Shown piece after piece: positions 10,205 through 19,171 of a stretch of 64,000 nt of DNA. Origin of the DNA: Bryobacterales bacterium (GTDB lineage Bacteria; Acidobacteriota; Terriglobia; Bryobacterales; Bryobacteraceae); contig CAVUZF010000005.1 in the NCBI GenBank assembly GCA_963745995.1, forward strand, positions 1,266,568 through 1,330,567, in the 5' to 3' direction. The position numbers and the translations under genes were made by a program. Position 1 is the stretch's first letter, and the number at the start of each line of letters is the position of its first letter. The notes under the pieces are model-generated. The model made no database searches and was not told the DNA's origin. It saw only the letters and a list, made by a program, of their open reading frames with translations.

Positions 10205-11658
10205 ATGGGGCGTATCAGAATTTCTGGACTTAACACGAAGTTGCGCGGATTTATCGTTGTTGCATTTGTAGCCTTCACCTCTGGAATCGCGCGCAGAGCT
10301 CTTGCCCAAAACCAATCGGCAGATTCCGATGTCATCTCTCTCGCCGTTCCGGTCGGTGCACCGCTACATGTGGCGTTGGATAAACCCGTGTCGATCAAGC
10401 GTACCGATGTGCCCGTTGAGGCACATGTCGTCGATCCCATTTTCGTCTTTGACCACATGGTTATCCCGCCCGGCAGCCAGGTTCTTGGACGAGTGGCAAA
10501 GGTCGAAAGCGCTTCGCGCAAACAACGAGGTCTCGCGATCGCCGATGGCAACTTCTCGCCCATCCGCAAGGCCCAAGTAGATTTTGACACTCTGAAACTC
10601 AAGAACGGGACGCGGCGTACTCTGCATACGGCCGTAACGCAGGGTGCCCCGAAGATCGTTCACCTGGTGGCGGGCGAGCAGGGCAAGAAGAAAGGACACG
10701 TAAGCGAAGCTGTCGGCCAGGCTTGGCAGCAAGCCATTGCCCGGGAGCAAGAAACGATCAAGGAGATCAAGGCGCCGGGGAAGGTGCAGTTGGTCAAGGC
10801 GTGGCTGTGGGCCCGATTCCCCTATCACAATCCTAAGCTCCCGGCGGGTACAAACTTCACCGCCGAGCTCAAGGATCCGCTGAAATTCGGCGAGGAAACG
10901 GCAAAACAGTTGGGACGCATGGGATCGGAGGTACCGGCGGGAAGCGACGTGCACGTGAGGCTGATTACGCCGTTGAGTCCAGCCACCGATCATCAAGGCT
11001 CGCCGGTGAATGCAGTGGTATCCGAGCCGATATTCTCCTCCGACCATCAATTGATTCTTCCTGAAGGGGCGCGCCTGGAGGGCGTCGTAACGCAAGCGCG
11101 GCCTGCACGCCGCCTAAGCAGAAATGGACAGCTTCGCTTCACGTTTCGCGAAATCGAAATGGCTTCGGGAACGCCCCGCATGTTCAAGGAGGACCCCGCC
11201 CGGTGCAAGTAACACGACGACCGGTTCAGGGAACCATGCAGAGCGTTGATGCCGCTGCCGGCAGCCACATCGAAGTCGACACGGAGGGTGGCGCTCATGG
11301 TGTCACTCCCAAAACAAAGTTCATCGCGCCCGCCATCGATGTGCTTTTGGCGGTCTCTTCGCTTGACGGTCTCGACCCGCATAATCGTCGACGCATCGCT
11401 GAAGGGCGGGGACCCCAGGGCCCCGACTTCGGCGGAGGGGCAGTGAGAGGCGGAGCGGGTTTCGGATTGGTAGGCACTGTGGTCGGCCTAGTAGCTCACT
11501 TCCGGCCGGTCAGTGCCTGTTTCGCTTTCTACGGAACGGGCTAGACCGTTTACACCCATATCATCGCGCGGGGCAACGAAGTCGTGTTTCCCAAGAACAC
11601 TCCCATGGAGATTCGTTTTGGAATCCATGGAGGGCAGAAGTCACCACCTGGAATCTAG
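10205..11658 (+). pseudogene. Exported protein with two TrbI/VirB10-like beta-barrel-type repeats, disrupted by one frameshift and one in-frame TAG
   Basis: Signal/anchor LRGFIVVAFVAFTSGIARRALAQ. Two similar modules are present: ...VEAHVVDPIFVFDHMVIPPGSQVLGRV... and ...VNAVVSEPIFSSDHQLILPEGARLEGVV...RLSRNGQLRFTFREIEM. The frame changes at about 11170-11190. TAG at 11542-11544 is followed in frame by TVYTHIIARGNEVVFPKNTPMEIRF. The family call is tentative. Confidence 0.55.
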
Positions 11659-11888
11659 GTGATCTCTTTGAAGGCATGAAGAATTTCAACCCTTCTACAG
11701 CGCCTGGCCATCCGCTGGGCGGAGGAAATTTTGTCGCTATTTGAACGCCGGGGCGTCACAGGACCGCACAGACTATGCTCTTCGAAGTCCACCGTTTTAT
11801 GGCCCCCCAACGCCTTCCAGGAACTTTGTGCCGACCTGGATACCGTACTTGCTGCCCTTGCTGATGCTTACCGTAGGAGGTCGTGACC

Positions 11889-12236
11889 ATGACCAGGAAG
11901 AAACCGACCGCAGGACAACGCATGATCGCCAGTGCCAAACAGGCCCTCGCCTTCGCCAAGGGCCAGAGCGATGCCTGCGTGGTCCATATCCCCGACGAAA
12001 TAGACACGGCACGGATCCGCAAGAAAATCAACATGAGCCAAAGCCGGTTTGCGGCGTATATTGGCGTCAGCGTCCGCACAATACAGGAATGGGAACAAGG
12101 ACGCGTCGTGCCCTCAGGAGCTGCACGAGGCTTCCTGACCGTGATTGACCGAGAGCCGGATGCCGTGCGTCGCGCGCTCGTGCATTTTGCAGTAAGCGGT
12201 AATCGCACATCGGGAGATCACCCCGCGCACCCGTAA
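11889..12236 (+). CDS. XRE-family HTH antitoxin-like regulator (HigA/COG2944 type)
   Basis: ATG lies 8 nt after AGGAGG. The sequence ...IDTARIRKKINMSQSRFAAYIGVSVRTIQEWEQGRVVPSGAARGFLTVIDREPDAV is the typical HTH_3 antitoxin pattern. No intact toxin ORF lies upstream. Confidence 0.7.
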   Translation: MTRKKPTAGQRMIASAKQALAFAKGQSDACVVHIPDEIDTARIRKKINMSQSRFAAYIGVSVRTIQEWEQGRVVPSGAARGFLTVIDREPDAVRRALVHFAVSGNRTSGDHPAHP

Positions 12237-12370
12237 GGAAAGGAAATGGAGGCACGCCTGCCCGACACGAACTCATGAGCTGCCGTTCCAGCGTGCGATA
12301 GCGTGCAATGGTTTATGGCAACGGTGGCAATTTTGGCATGTATGGCAATATAGAATCTGTAACTTGCTGA

Positions 12371-12410
12371 TAGGGCAGGGTGCCAACGGGTTCGAATCCC
12401 ACCCTCTCGG
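12371..12410 (+). other. Degenerate tRNA 3-prime fragment (type II, Ser-like variable arm, T-arm and acceptor strand)
   Basis: GGCA-GGG-TGCC is a variable-arm-like hairpin. It is followed by ACGGG TTCGAAT CCCAC CCTCTCG G, which resembles a tRNA-Ser 3-prime end, but the T-stem is mismatched, there is no CCA, and no matching 5-prime half lies upstream. Confidence 0.3.
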
Positions 12411-12671
12411 TCAGTCAATCTTAGCAATCTCAATTGGTCGGGAGTATTTTGTTCATAGCGAGCCCCTGGCGTCAGTCTCGTTCATTGGACACGCCTCAAC
12501 TTCTGAGGATCAGCCCTGTTAGAATGGGTTGTGAGATTTGGTAGCTCTGTTGAACACCGTTTGAACACCATTAAGCGCCAAACGGAAGTTCATAATGAAA
12601 ACTGGGTATCCTGTATCGCCAGAACAAGATCGACAAAAACGCTATGTTCTTTATTGTCAATTGACCGTCGT

Positions 12672-12717
12672 CTTCCCAAGCTGGACGTCGCGGGTTCGAT
12701 CCCCGTCTCCCGCTCCA
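12672..12717 (+). tRNA. tRNA-Gly(CCC) 3-prime half only (anticodon loop to CCA), a probable integration scar rather than a functional gene
   Basis: The sequence CTTCCCAA GCTGG ACGTC GCGGG TTCGATC CCCGT CTCCCGC T CCA reads as anticodon loop, 3-prime anticodon stem, variable loop, T-arm, acceptor strand, discriminator U and CCA. This is collinear with bacterial tRNA-Gly. The 5-prime acceptor strand GCGGGAG, the D-arm and the 5-prime anticodon stem are absent upstream. Confidence 0.6.
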
Positions 12718-12818
12718 TCTTCTCCACAACCGGCATATTCTTCAATAATATGATCGCAAGCTACGGTCGTTTAGTAGCGCCGACTTTTGAACCTTGTTGG
12801 TCAGTACGCGAAAGGGGC

Positions 12819-14623
12819 TCACGCCTCGCGGAACAGAATTTGCCGCCGGCAAGGATCCTTCTCGGATATTGAGAGCACATTCAAGTCATTGATCCGGGTA
12901 AGACGAATGCCCGTGGCTTTGGCGCGGAAGCTGCCGGGCCCTTCGGGTGTAAGTTCTGCATCCTGGGGCAAGGCGATTTCCGTTGGTCCCTCATAACCGA
13001 GCACCAGGGGTCCTGAGTGGAAGGCATGATAACCGCGAATACTGTGAGGGTTGAAGGTGTCCAGCGCTCCGGTGACAAGGTCAAAATCGAGCGCGATCAT
13101 ATCGCCCGCGCGCAGGGGGCTTTGCATAGCAACAAATCCGTTGCTTATCTTTGCCGGCACATCTTTGCCGTTGAAGAACAGCCGGTGGGATTTTGTCCAC
13201 GAAGGCGCGGCAAAGCGCACGCGCACCGGCCCGTTCAAGCTCGACGAAATTATTTCCAGCTTGACCTTGCCCTGATAGGGATAGCCCGTCGTCTGGCGCA
13301 GCGTGACGGTCGCCCTCTCCGATCCGGAGCGAGGCCTTGGAATCATGAAAGAAGGGAAGTACGATTTCGCCTGGCCGCGAAAAGTAGGCGGACTCAATAG
13401 CGCGGGCATTCCCCTCGCCACCGCGCATTGTGCAACACCAGTAGGCCTCGTAGAATACGTCCTTGATATAGGGGTCGTGGGCTCCCGCACAGGTGTCAAC
13501 TCCGTATCCACCATTATTTCGCTGGCCACGCCCCATTCCGTTGAAGTAAATCAGGTGGGCGTCTTCCAGATACGCCGTGTTCCACGGTATGACGCCAAAG
13601 CTGGACGGGGATCATGAACGAGTCGATGATGGCACAACATTCGCTCCACTCCGGCCGTTCGAACCAGTTGAAGTTGGCATAAGTCTCGGTCATCGCCTCG
13701 CCAAGGTATAACTTATAGCGTTTCTCGACAGCTTCCAGAAGCTGAGGATCACCGGAATTTTCATACTGGCGAAGGAGCGCCCGCATCCCGGTGAGTGTAG
13801 CGTGCGTCTGGGCTTTAATGGCGATCACGTCCACTTCAAGGAAGCGGGCAATCATTTCGTCGATCACGGCCTTCAGGTCAGCCCCGCCGCGGACTTGATA
13901 GGCGTGCGTTACTCCGTCGAGGAAAATGAAGTCGCACCCGATATCGGAAGAGAGTTTCCAGTTGCCAACACGGGCAACGATCTCCCCCGCGGCGCCGCCC
14001 TGGTGAGACCGGATGGCAGGGTCAATCGGGTAGCTGGAGTGCTGCCCCGCGGTGGGCAGGACGAGGTTCCGGACTATCTTGTCGATCATCTCGAGGACGC
14101 GCTCGTCGTGCTTCCACTCGTAATATTCACACAGCCCGCGCAAGACCCAGCCATGACCCGACAACTGCTGCTCATCGACCGCCTTGGGATCCAGCAGCGG
14201 TCCGAAATATCCCTGACTGTTCATCTTGGCGGGATAAAGGCGCAGAATCTCGTCGAGATACCGGGCCTCACGGTGTGTGCTGCGGGAAAGAAGCGTCAAT
14301 CCCAACACCGTGCGCCCTTCCCAATCGCCGGGCCAGGACTTTGCGGATTCGCTCTCGAACACCATCGGCGGTTGGTAGATGTTGGATTCCAGCCGGTCGT
14401 AATTCAAGTTGGCACGCTGGGCCAAGTCGCCTGCGATCTCTATTCCATCAAAGGACGCAGGGACCCATCGCGATTCACCGGCGGCAGTTGCCTGAGCCAT
14501 CATCGCTGGACAATCCGCAAGAGCCAGCGCGGTCAATCCACTCAAGCAGAAATCCCGCCGCGAAATTCCATGCTGCGCCGCTGCTGTTTTGCCGATCGCC
14601 AAATCATCTCTTCTTTTCGCCAC
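12819..14623 (-). pseudogene. GH127/DUF1680-type beta-L-arabinofuranosidase-like glycoside hydrolase, two frameshifts
   Basis: Tat-type signal SRRDFCLSGLTALALA. Conserved stretches include EWSECCAIIDS, then in a second frame NGGYGVDTCAG...YEAYWCCTMRGGEG, then in a third frame TVTLRQTTGYPYQGKVKLEI...GPLVLGYEG. The frame changes at about 13571-13590 and about 13320-13345. Confidence 0.7.
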
Positions 14624-15009
14624 GGTTGTTCCCCTCAGGTGATTTCTAACTCATGCAGTCTACACCACACCGCAAGACCCCGAGTGCAGCAAATCGGGAC
14701 TATTCCATCCGAGATTAGAGCCAGCCAAACAAAGTGGGACACGGCCCGCCAAAACCCGCATTGACGCATCTTGGCACACTCAAGGCCGGAGGAGCGCCGG
14801 AATAAACGGACAATAAGTCTTCGGCGCGCCCGGGCACTCCTCGGGTGTGCCGCATTCCCGGCACGGGCATTCCGTCCACCCATAGCAATGTCTGGCGAGA
14901 ATATACTTGCACAGAAAATTTTTTTTCATTACTATACACGCGACGTCGAATAATATTTCGCTGCAAGAAAGCGAGATGGAGCAAAACCGGGGAGGGTGAC
15001 GTCAGCAAG

Positions 15010-15879
15010 ATGGACGGTGCGTGTCTCAGTAAAATCCGGGCGGCAATCGAGCAAGCACCCGATGCCACGGTAAAGATCGGGCGCTTTATCCTGAAGAACC
15101 CCTTGCGGGCGCGCAACTTGTCGATTGGCGTTTTGGCAAAGGGGTGTGGCGTCAGCCCCGCTACCGCTTTCAGGTTTTGCCGGGACTTGGGCTACGAGGG
15201 ATACAAGGAATTTCAACTGGACCTGGCGGCGGCGGTGGCTCATAACGACGCGATGGCCCTGGAGGAATTCTCCGAGGACCCCAGCCCGGAGTCCATCGTG
15301 CGCCAGGTGTTTGAGTACAACCGGCGGAGCCTGGCGGAGACGGCGCGCATGCTGGACATCCACGTGCTGGAGCGGGTTGCCCGGCAGCTCCAGGACAGCC
15401 GGCGGAGCATGTTTCTGGGGATTGGGGCCTCCGCGCTGGTGGCTCAATACGCGGGTTTCCGGTTGGTCAGTCTGGGATTCTCAGCGCTCTCCGTCGTGGA
15501 TCCTTACCTGCAAATATTCGCCACCGAAAATGTAGGGCCCGGGGATGTGGTGGTGGGAATCAGCCACACGGGCCAGACCGACCACGTGGTGGAGGCCCTC
15601 CGCACAGCCCGGCGGCGGGGAGCCCGCACCGTGGCCATTACGAATTACCCGCAGTCGCCCCTGGCGGCAGCGTGCCAATTTCAGCTTATCACGGCCTTCC
15701 ACGAGCACCGCATCAACGCCGCGTTCTCGTCCTCCATCACCGCCCAACTGTGCGTTATCAACTCCCTCTTTTTCATTCTAGGCAGTTGGGGTGGGCAAGG
15801 CGCAAAGAAACTGGCTGAGCAAGCGGAGGAGCGTAGCCAAAAGCTGCTGCGAGCGCAGCGTATGAAGAAACGTAAGTAA
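15010..15879 (+). CDS. MurR/RpiR-family transcriptional regulator (HTH_6 plus SIS domain)
   Basis: The N-terminal HTH region reads IGRFILKNPLRARNLSIGVLAKGCGVSPATAFRFCRDLGYEGYKEF. The C-terminal SIS motifs are MFLGIGASALVAQY and VVVGISHTGQT...ARTVAITN. Confidence 0.85.
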   Translation: MDGACLSKIRAAIEQAPDATVKIGRFILKNPLRARNLSIGVLAKGCGVSPATAFRFCRDLGYEGYKEFQLDLAAAVAHNDAMALEEFSEDPSPESIVRQVFEYNRRSLAETARMLDIHVLERVARQLQDSRRSMFLGIGASALVAQYAGFRLVSLGFSALSVVDPYLQIFATENVGPGDVVVGISHTGQTDHVVEALRTARRRGARTVAITNYPQSPLAAACQFQLITAFHEHRINAAFSSSITAQLCVINSLFFILGSWGGQGAKKLAEQAEERSQKLLRAQRMKKRK

Positions 15880-15902
15880 CCTAATAATGGAGGAGCAACT
15901 GT

Positions 15903-17273
15903 ATGTATACAAGGTATTACGACCCAGAGATTTTTGTAAATTGTTTTGAAGGAATCGACCGAACCAACCACATCGTCGCCACCTACTTCATGGAAGACGA
16001 ACTGCCCGGCGAGGATTTTATCGATCACTTTTCGCTGATTCAATCCATGGCGGTTGAAGGCTCCACCGGCACCTGGCAGAAGGTGAAAGAGGAAACCGAC
16101 GAAGTACGGCACATGCTCAGCGGAAAAATGCTGGGTTACTTCGAAATTCCCACCAGCAAGCCCAACTGCCGCGCGGCGGTTGTGCAATTGGCCTTCCCCA
16201 TCGACGCGTGGATTGACAACGTCCCCATGATGCTGCTCAGCATTGCAGGCAACTGTTTTGCCTTCAGCCCCAAGCTCCGGCTGCTGGATGTTTTCATTCC
16301 CGAAAAGCAGTTGGCCAAATTCAAGGGGCCCAAGTTTGGCGTTCCCGGAATCCGCAAGCTTCTGAATGTTCCGGACCGGCCGCTTTCCCTTCACATCATC
16401 AAGCCCAAGATGGGCATGACGCCGCAACAGGTTGCCGACCAGTGCTACCAGACGGCCCTGGGCGGGGCTGACATGATGAAAGACGACGAGATGACCAGCG
16501 ACCTTTACAACAGCAATTTCGAGGATCGCGTGACGGCCGTGGGCAAGGCTCTGGAAAATGCCGAGGCCAAAACCGGAAAACGCCCCATTTATTTCGTGAG
16601 CATCACGGACGAACCACGGCGCATCTTTGCCAAAGCAGCGCGTGCGGTGGAATTGGGCGCTCGGGGCCTGTTGGTCTGTTACTCAGCCGGACTGCCGGTC
16701 ATTCGCCAATTGGCGGAAGATCCCAAGATCAACGTCCCCATTCTCATTCACGCCTCGCACATGATCGCCGCCCAGCCGCGCATTGCCTGGCCGGTCTTTG
16801 CCAAGCTGGTGCGCATTTGCGGTGGAGACCTGATGCTGACGCCCACCTACTGGTCGAGCATTCCGATGGTCAGCCTGGAGGAGGGAATCCGCACCTCGCA
16901 GATTAAGCTGGCGCCTCTTGGGCACATCAAGCCGATGTTCCCCATGCCCTGCGCGGGCGTGTATCCCGGCCTGACGCCTATCCTGATTGGGGAATACGGC
17001 ACGGACATCGTGATTCCTTCCGGCGGCGGCATGCTGGGCCATCCGGACGGCTACACGGCGGGCGCCAAGGCATGGCAGCAGGCCATTGCCGGATCGCTCT
17101 CCAATGAGGACTTCCTGACATTTGCGAAAAAGCCGGAAAACAAGGAACTGCGCCGCGCCATCGAGAAGTGGGGTTATATCGAGCGCCCCAAGACTCCGTG
17201 GCTGCGCGTTTCTCCCAAGTATCAGCCCAAACCCATGAGTTTGGATGTAGCACCATTACGTCGAACGGCGTAA
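15903..17273 (+). CDS. RuBisCO-like protein (form IV RuBisCO large-subunit homologue)
   Basis: 456 aa with RBS GGAGGA. The motifs are collinear with RuBisCO large chain: GNCFAF (N123 region), GVPGIR, HIIKPKMGM (K175/K177), GGADMMKDDEMT (K201-D203-E204), PILIHASH (H294 region), ICGGDLML and SGGGMLGHPDG (GGGxLGHP). Confidence 0.9.
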   Translation: MYTRYYDPEIFVNCFEGIDRTNHIVATYFMEDELPGEDFIDHFSLIQSMAVEGSTGTWQKVKEETDEVRHMLSGKMLGYFEIPTSKPNCRAAVVQLAFPIDAWIDNVPMMLLSIAGNCFAFSPKLRLLDVFIPEKQLAKFKGPKFGVPGIRKLLNVPDRPLSLHIIKPKMGMTPQQVADQCYQTALGGADMMKDDEMTSDLYNSNFEDRVTAVGKALENAEAKTGKRPIYFVSITDEPRRIFAKAARAVELGARGLLVCYSAGLPVIRQLAEDPKINVPILIHASHMIAAQPRIAWPVFAKLVRICGGDLMLTPTYWSSIPMVSLEEGIRTSQIKLAPLGHIKPMFPMPCAGVYPGLTPILIGEYGTDIVIPSGGGMLGHPDGYTAGAKAWQQAIAGSLSNEDFLTFAKKPENKELRRAIEKWGYIERPKTPWLRVSPKYQPKPMSLDVAPLRRTA

Positions 17274-17348
17274 CACTGAGCCGAGATGTCCAATAAAGGT
17301 CCCCCGGCGCGGCGATTTACCACGCTGCGATACTTTAGGGGGACTTCT

Positions 17349-17408
17349 GGAGGGGTGGGGCTTAACCTTTGCTAACTCGTCGGGAGTCCCGCCCTTCCAA
17401 AGTTTTTT
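17349..17408 (+). terminator. Candidate intrinsic terminator downstream of the RLP gene
   Basis: GGAGGGGTGGGGC (17349-17361) can pair with GAGTCCCGCCCTTCC (17384-17398). The roughly 13-bp pairing includes G-U pairs and the loop is large, about 21 nt. AAAG and TTTTTT (17403-17408) follow. Confidence 0.4.
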
Positions 17409-17493
17409 ACCAGATGTAGTACGAAGTCCACAGTTGACCCTTGATGTGCAGGGTCACGTTAAAGTCCAAGAAGTTCCCCGAAGGGGAACAAGA

Positions 17494-17586
17494 TCATTAG
17501 CCGTAGGTGAAACCTACGGGCAGATATTCGACCCCGCAGGGTCGAATATCTGCACGCTTTCCACGGGCTTCACCCGAGGCTAATGA
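17494..17586 (+). other. Cloverleaf-like four-way structured element in the RLP-kinase spacer
   Basis: The outer stem is TCATTAGCC/GGCTAATGA (9 bp). It encloses three hairpins: GTAGG-TGAAA-CCTAC, CAGATATTCGACCC-CGCA-GGGTCGAATATCTG (14 bp, perfect) and CGGG-CTTCA-CCCG. Flanking hairpins are GTTCCCC-GAA-GGGGAAC (17473-17489) and CGGCCCC-TCC-GGGGCCG (17591-17607). Confidence 0.5.
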
Positions 17587-17671
17587 CCTTCGGCCCCTCC
17601 GGGGCCGTGATATTTCCTCAACTTTGACGCGACTCTGCTTGAAGTGAAAGTCCGTATTGCGCGAGGTTCTC

Positions 17672-19159
17672 ATGGTGGATCATCACCGCTTCCTTGCCTT
17701 CGATCTTGGCGCCGAGAGTGGGCGTGCTGTGGTGGGCACCCTGCAGGAAGGCCGCCTTTCCCTCGAAGAGATTTCCCGATTTCCCAACACCCCCGTGCAG
17801 GTTCACGAAACCCTTTATTGGGACGTTCTGGCTCTTTACAACCACATCCTGGAAGGTCTGCGGGAGTATACGCGACGCTACGGCGCCGAGGTGGAAGGGA
17901 TTGGGATTGACACCTGGGGCGTCGATTTTGGACTGCTCTCCGCGCGGGGCGAGTTGCTCCAGAACCCTGTCCACTACCGTGACCGCCGGACGGTCACCAT
18001 GATGGAGCAAGTGAAGTCCCTGATCTCGGCGGAGGAACTGTTTCGTCTTACGGGCATGGCGCTGCTCCCTTTCAATACCTCCCTCCAACTTCTCTCCCTG
18101 CGCTTAACCCGGAATCCGATTCTTGATCGTGCGGCGACGATGCTGATGATGCCGGATCTGTTCGCCTACTTCCTTACCGGGCGGAAGTGCTGCGAACGGA
18201 CGAACGCAATCTCGACGCAATTGCTGGATCCTTGGAAAAGTGAGTGGAGCACGGAGATTGTTCGCAAGCTGGATCTACCGGCGTCGATCTTGCCGGAGCT
18301 CGTGGACCCGGGCACGGTGCTGGGCGATGTGCTCGGCCCGGTGCGGGACGCCGTGGGCCTGAAAAGCGGCGTGGTGATCGCTCCTTGCACCCACGATACG
18401 GGCTCAGCCGTGGCGGCGGTCCCCGGCCAGGGGGATGACTGGGCCTTCTTGAGTTGTGGCACGTGGTCGGTGCTGGGGACGCTGAACCCCGATGTGGTGA
18501 CAACCCCGCGGGCTTATGCCGCGGGAATGTTCAACGAGCTGACGATTCATAGCCGAATTCTCTGCCGCAACATTGTCGGCTTGTGGTTGCTTCAGCAAGC
18601 GCGGGCGGCATGGATGCGGGCGGGCAAATCGTATTCTTATGAAGAAATCGTCAAGCTGGCCGCGCAGGCGCCGGAAGGCGGGCCACTGATCAATGCGGAC
18701 GCGCCGCGATTCCACGCGCCGCAGGATATGCTCGTCGCGATCCAACAGTACTGCGCGGAGACGGGGCAGGCGGTCCCGCAACATCCGGGAGAAACGGCCC
18801 GGTGCATCCTGGAAAGCCTGGCGTTTGCCTACCGCCGGTGGCTGGATGAAATTACCGCGTTGTCGGGCCGTTCCTTCCGCGTGTTGCACTTGGTGGGCGG
18901 GGGTTCAAAGAATTCGCTGCTTTGCCAGCTCACGGCCAATGCCACGGGGCTTCCCGTTATGGCCGGACCTTCCGAGGCAACCGTGGCAGGCAATGTGATG
19001 GTGCAGGCGCTGGCGAAAGGGTTGGTCCGAACGACTCAGGAAATGCGCGACGTTATCGGCCGCTCCTCCGAGCTTGTGGAGTATCAACCTCAGGATGTGG
19101 CAAGTTACCAGCGGCGTTTTGACGAGTATTTGCGCCTGGCGGAGAAGTTTCCGGAGTGA
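17672..19159 (+). CDS. FGGY-family carbohydrate kinase, rhamnulokinase (RhaB)-like
   Basis: Collinear with E. coli RhaB over its length: FDLGAESGR, GIGIDTWGVDFGLL, PVHYRDRRT, PFNTSLQL, LMMPDLFAYFLTG, HDTGSAVAA, LSCGTWSVLG, GLWLLQ and HLVGGGSKNSLLCQLTANATG. Confidence 0.85.
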   Translation: MVDHHRFLAFDLGAESGRAVVGTLQEGRLSLEEISRFPNTPVQVHETLYWDVLALYNHILEGLREYTRRYGAEVEGIGIDTWGVDFGLLSARGELLQNPVHYRDRRTVTMMEQVKSLISAEELFRLTGMALLPFNTSLQLLSLRLTRNPILDRAATMLMMPDLFAYFLTGRKCCERTNAISTQLLDPWKSEWSTEIVRKLDLPASILPELVDPGTVLGDVLGPVRDAVGLKSGVVIAPCTHDTGSAVAAVPGQGDDWAFLSCGTWSVLGTLNPDVVTTPRAYAAGMFNELTIHSRILCRNIVGLWLLQQARAAWMRAGKSYSYEEIVKLAAQAPEGGPLINADAPRFHAPQDMLVAIQQYCAETGQAVPQHPGETARCILESLAFAYRRWLDEITALSGRSFRVLHLVGGGSKNSLLCQLTANATGLPVMAGPSEATVAGNVMVQALAKGLVRTTQEMRDVIGRSSELVEYQPQDVASYQRRFDEYLRLAEKFPE

Positions 19160-19171
19160 CTAAGCCGAAGG

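Noticed and set aside
11640-11885. Possible RelE/HigB toxin remnant upstream of the HTH antitoxin
   Set aside because: There are only short fragments in three frames with weak resemblance, for example GHPLGG and DYAL..LFEVH. This is not enough to call a pseudogene, so it is reported as a question in the findings instead.
12218-12433. Short ORFs overlapping the tRNA-fragment region (12218-12433 minus strand and 12531-12872 plus strand)
   Set aside because: The translations are low-complexity and run through tRNA-derived sequence. They have no start context.
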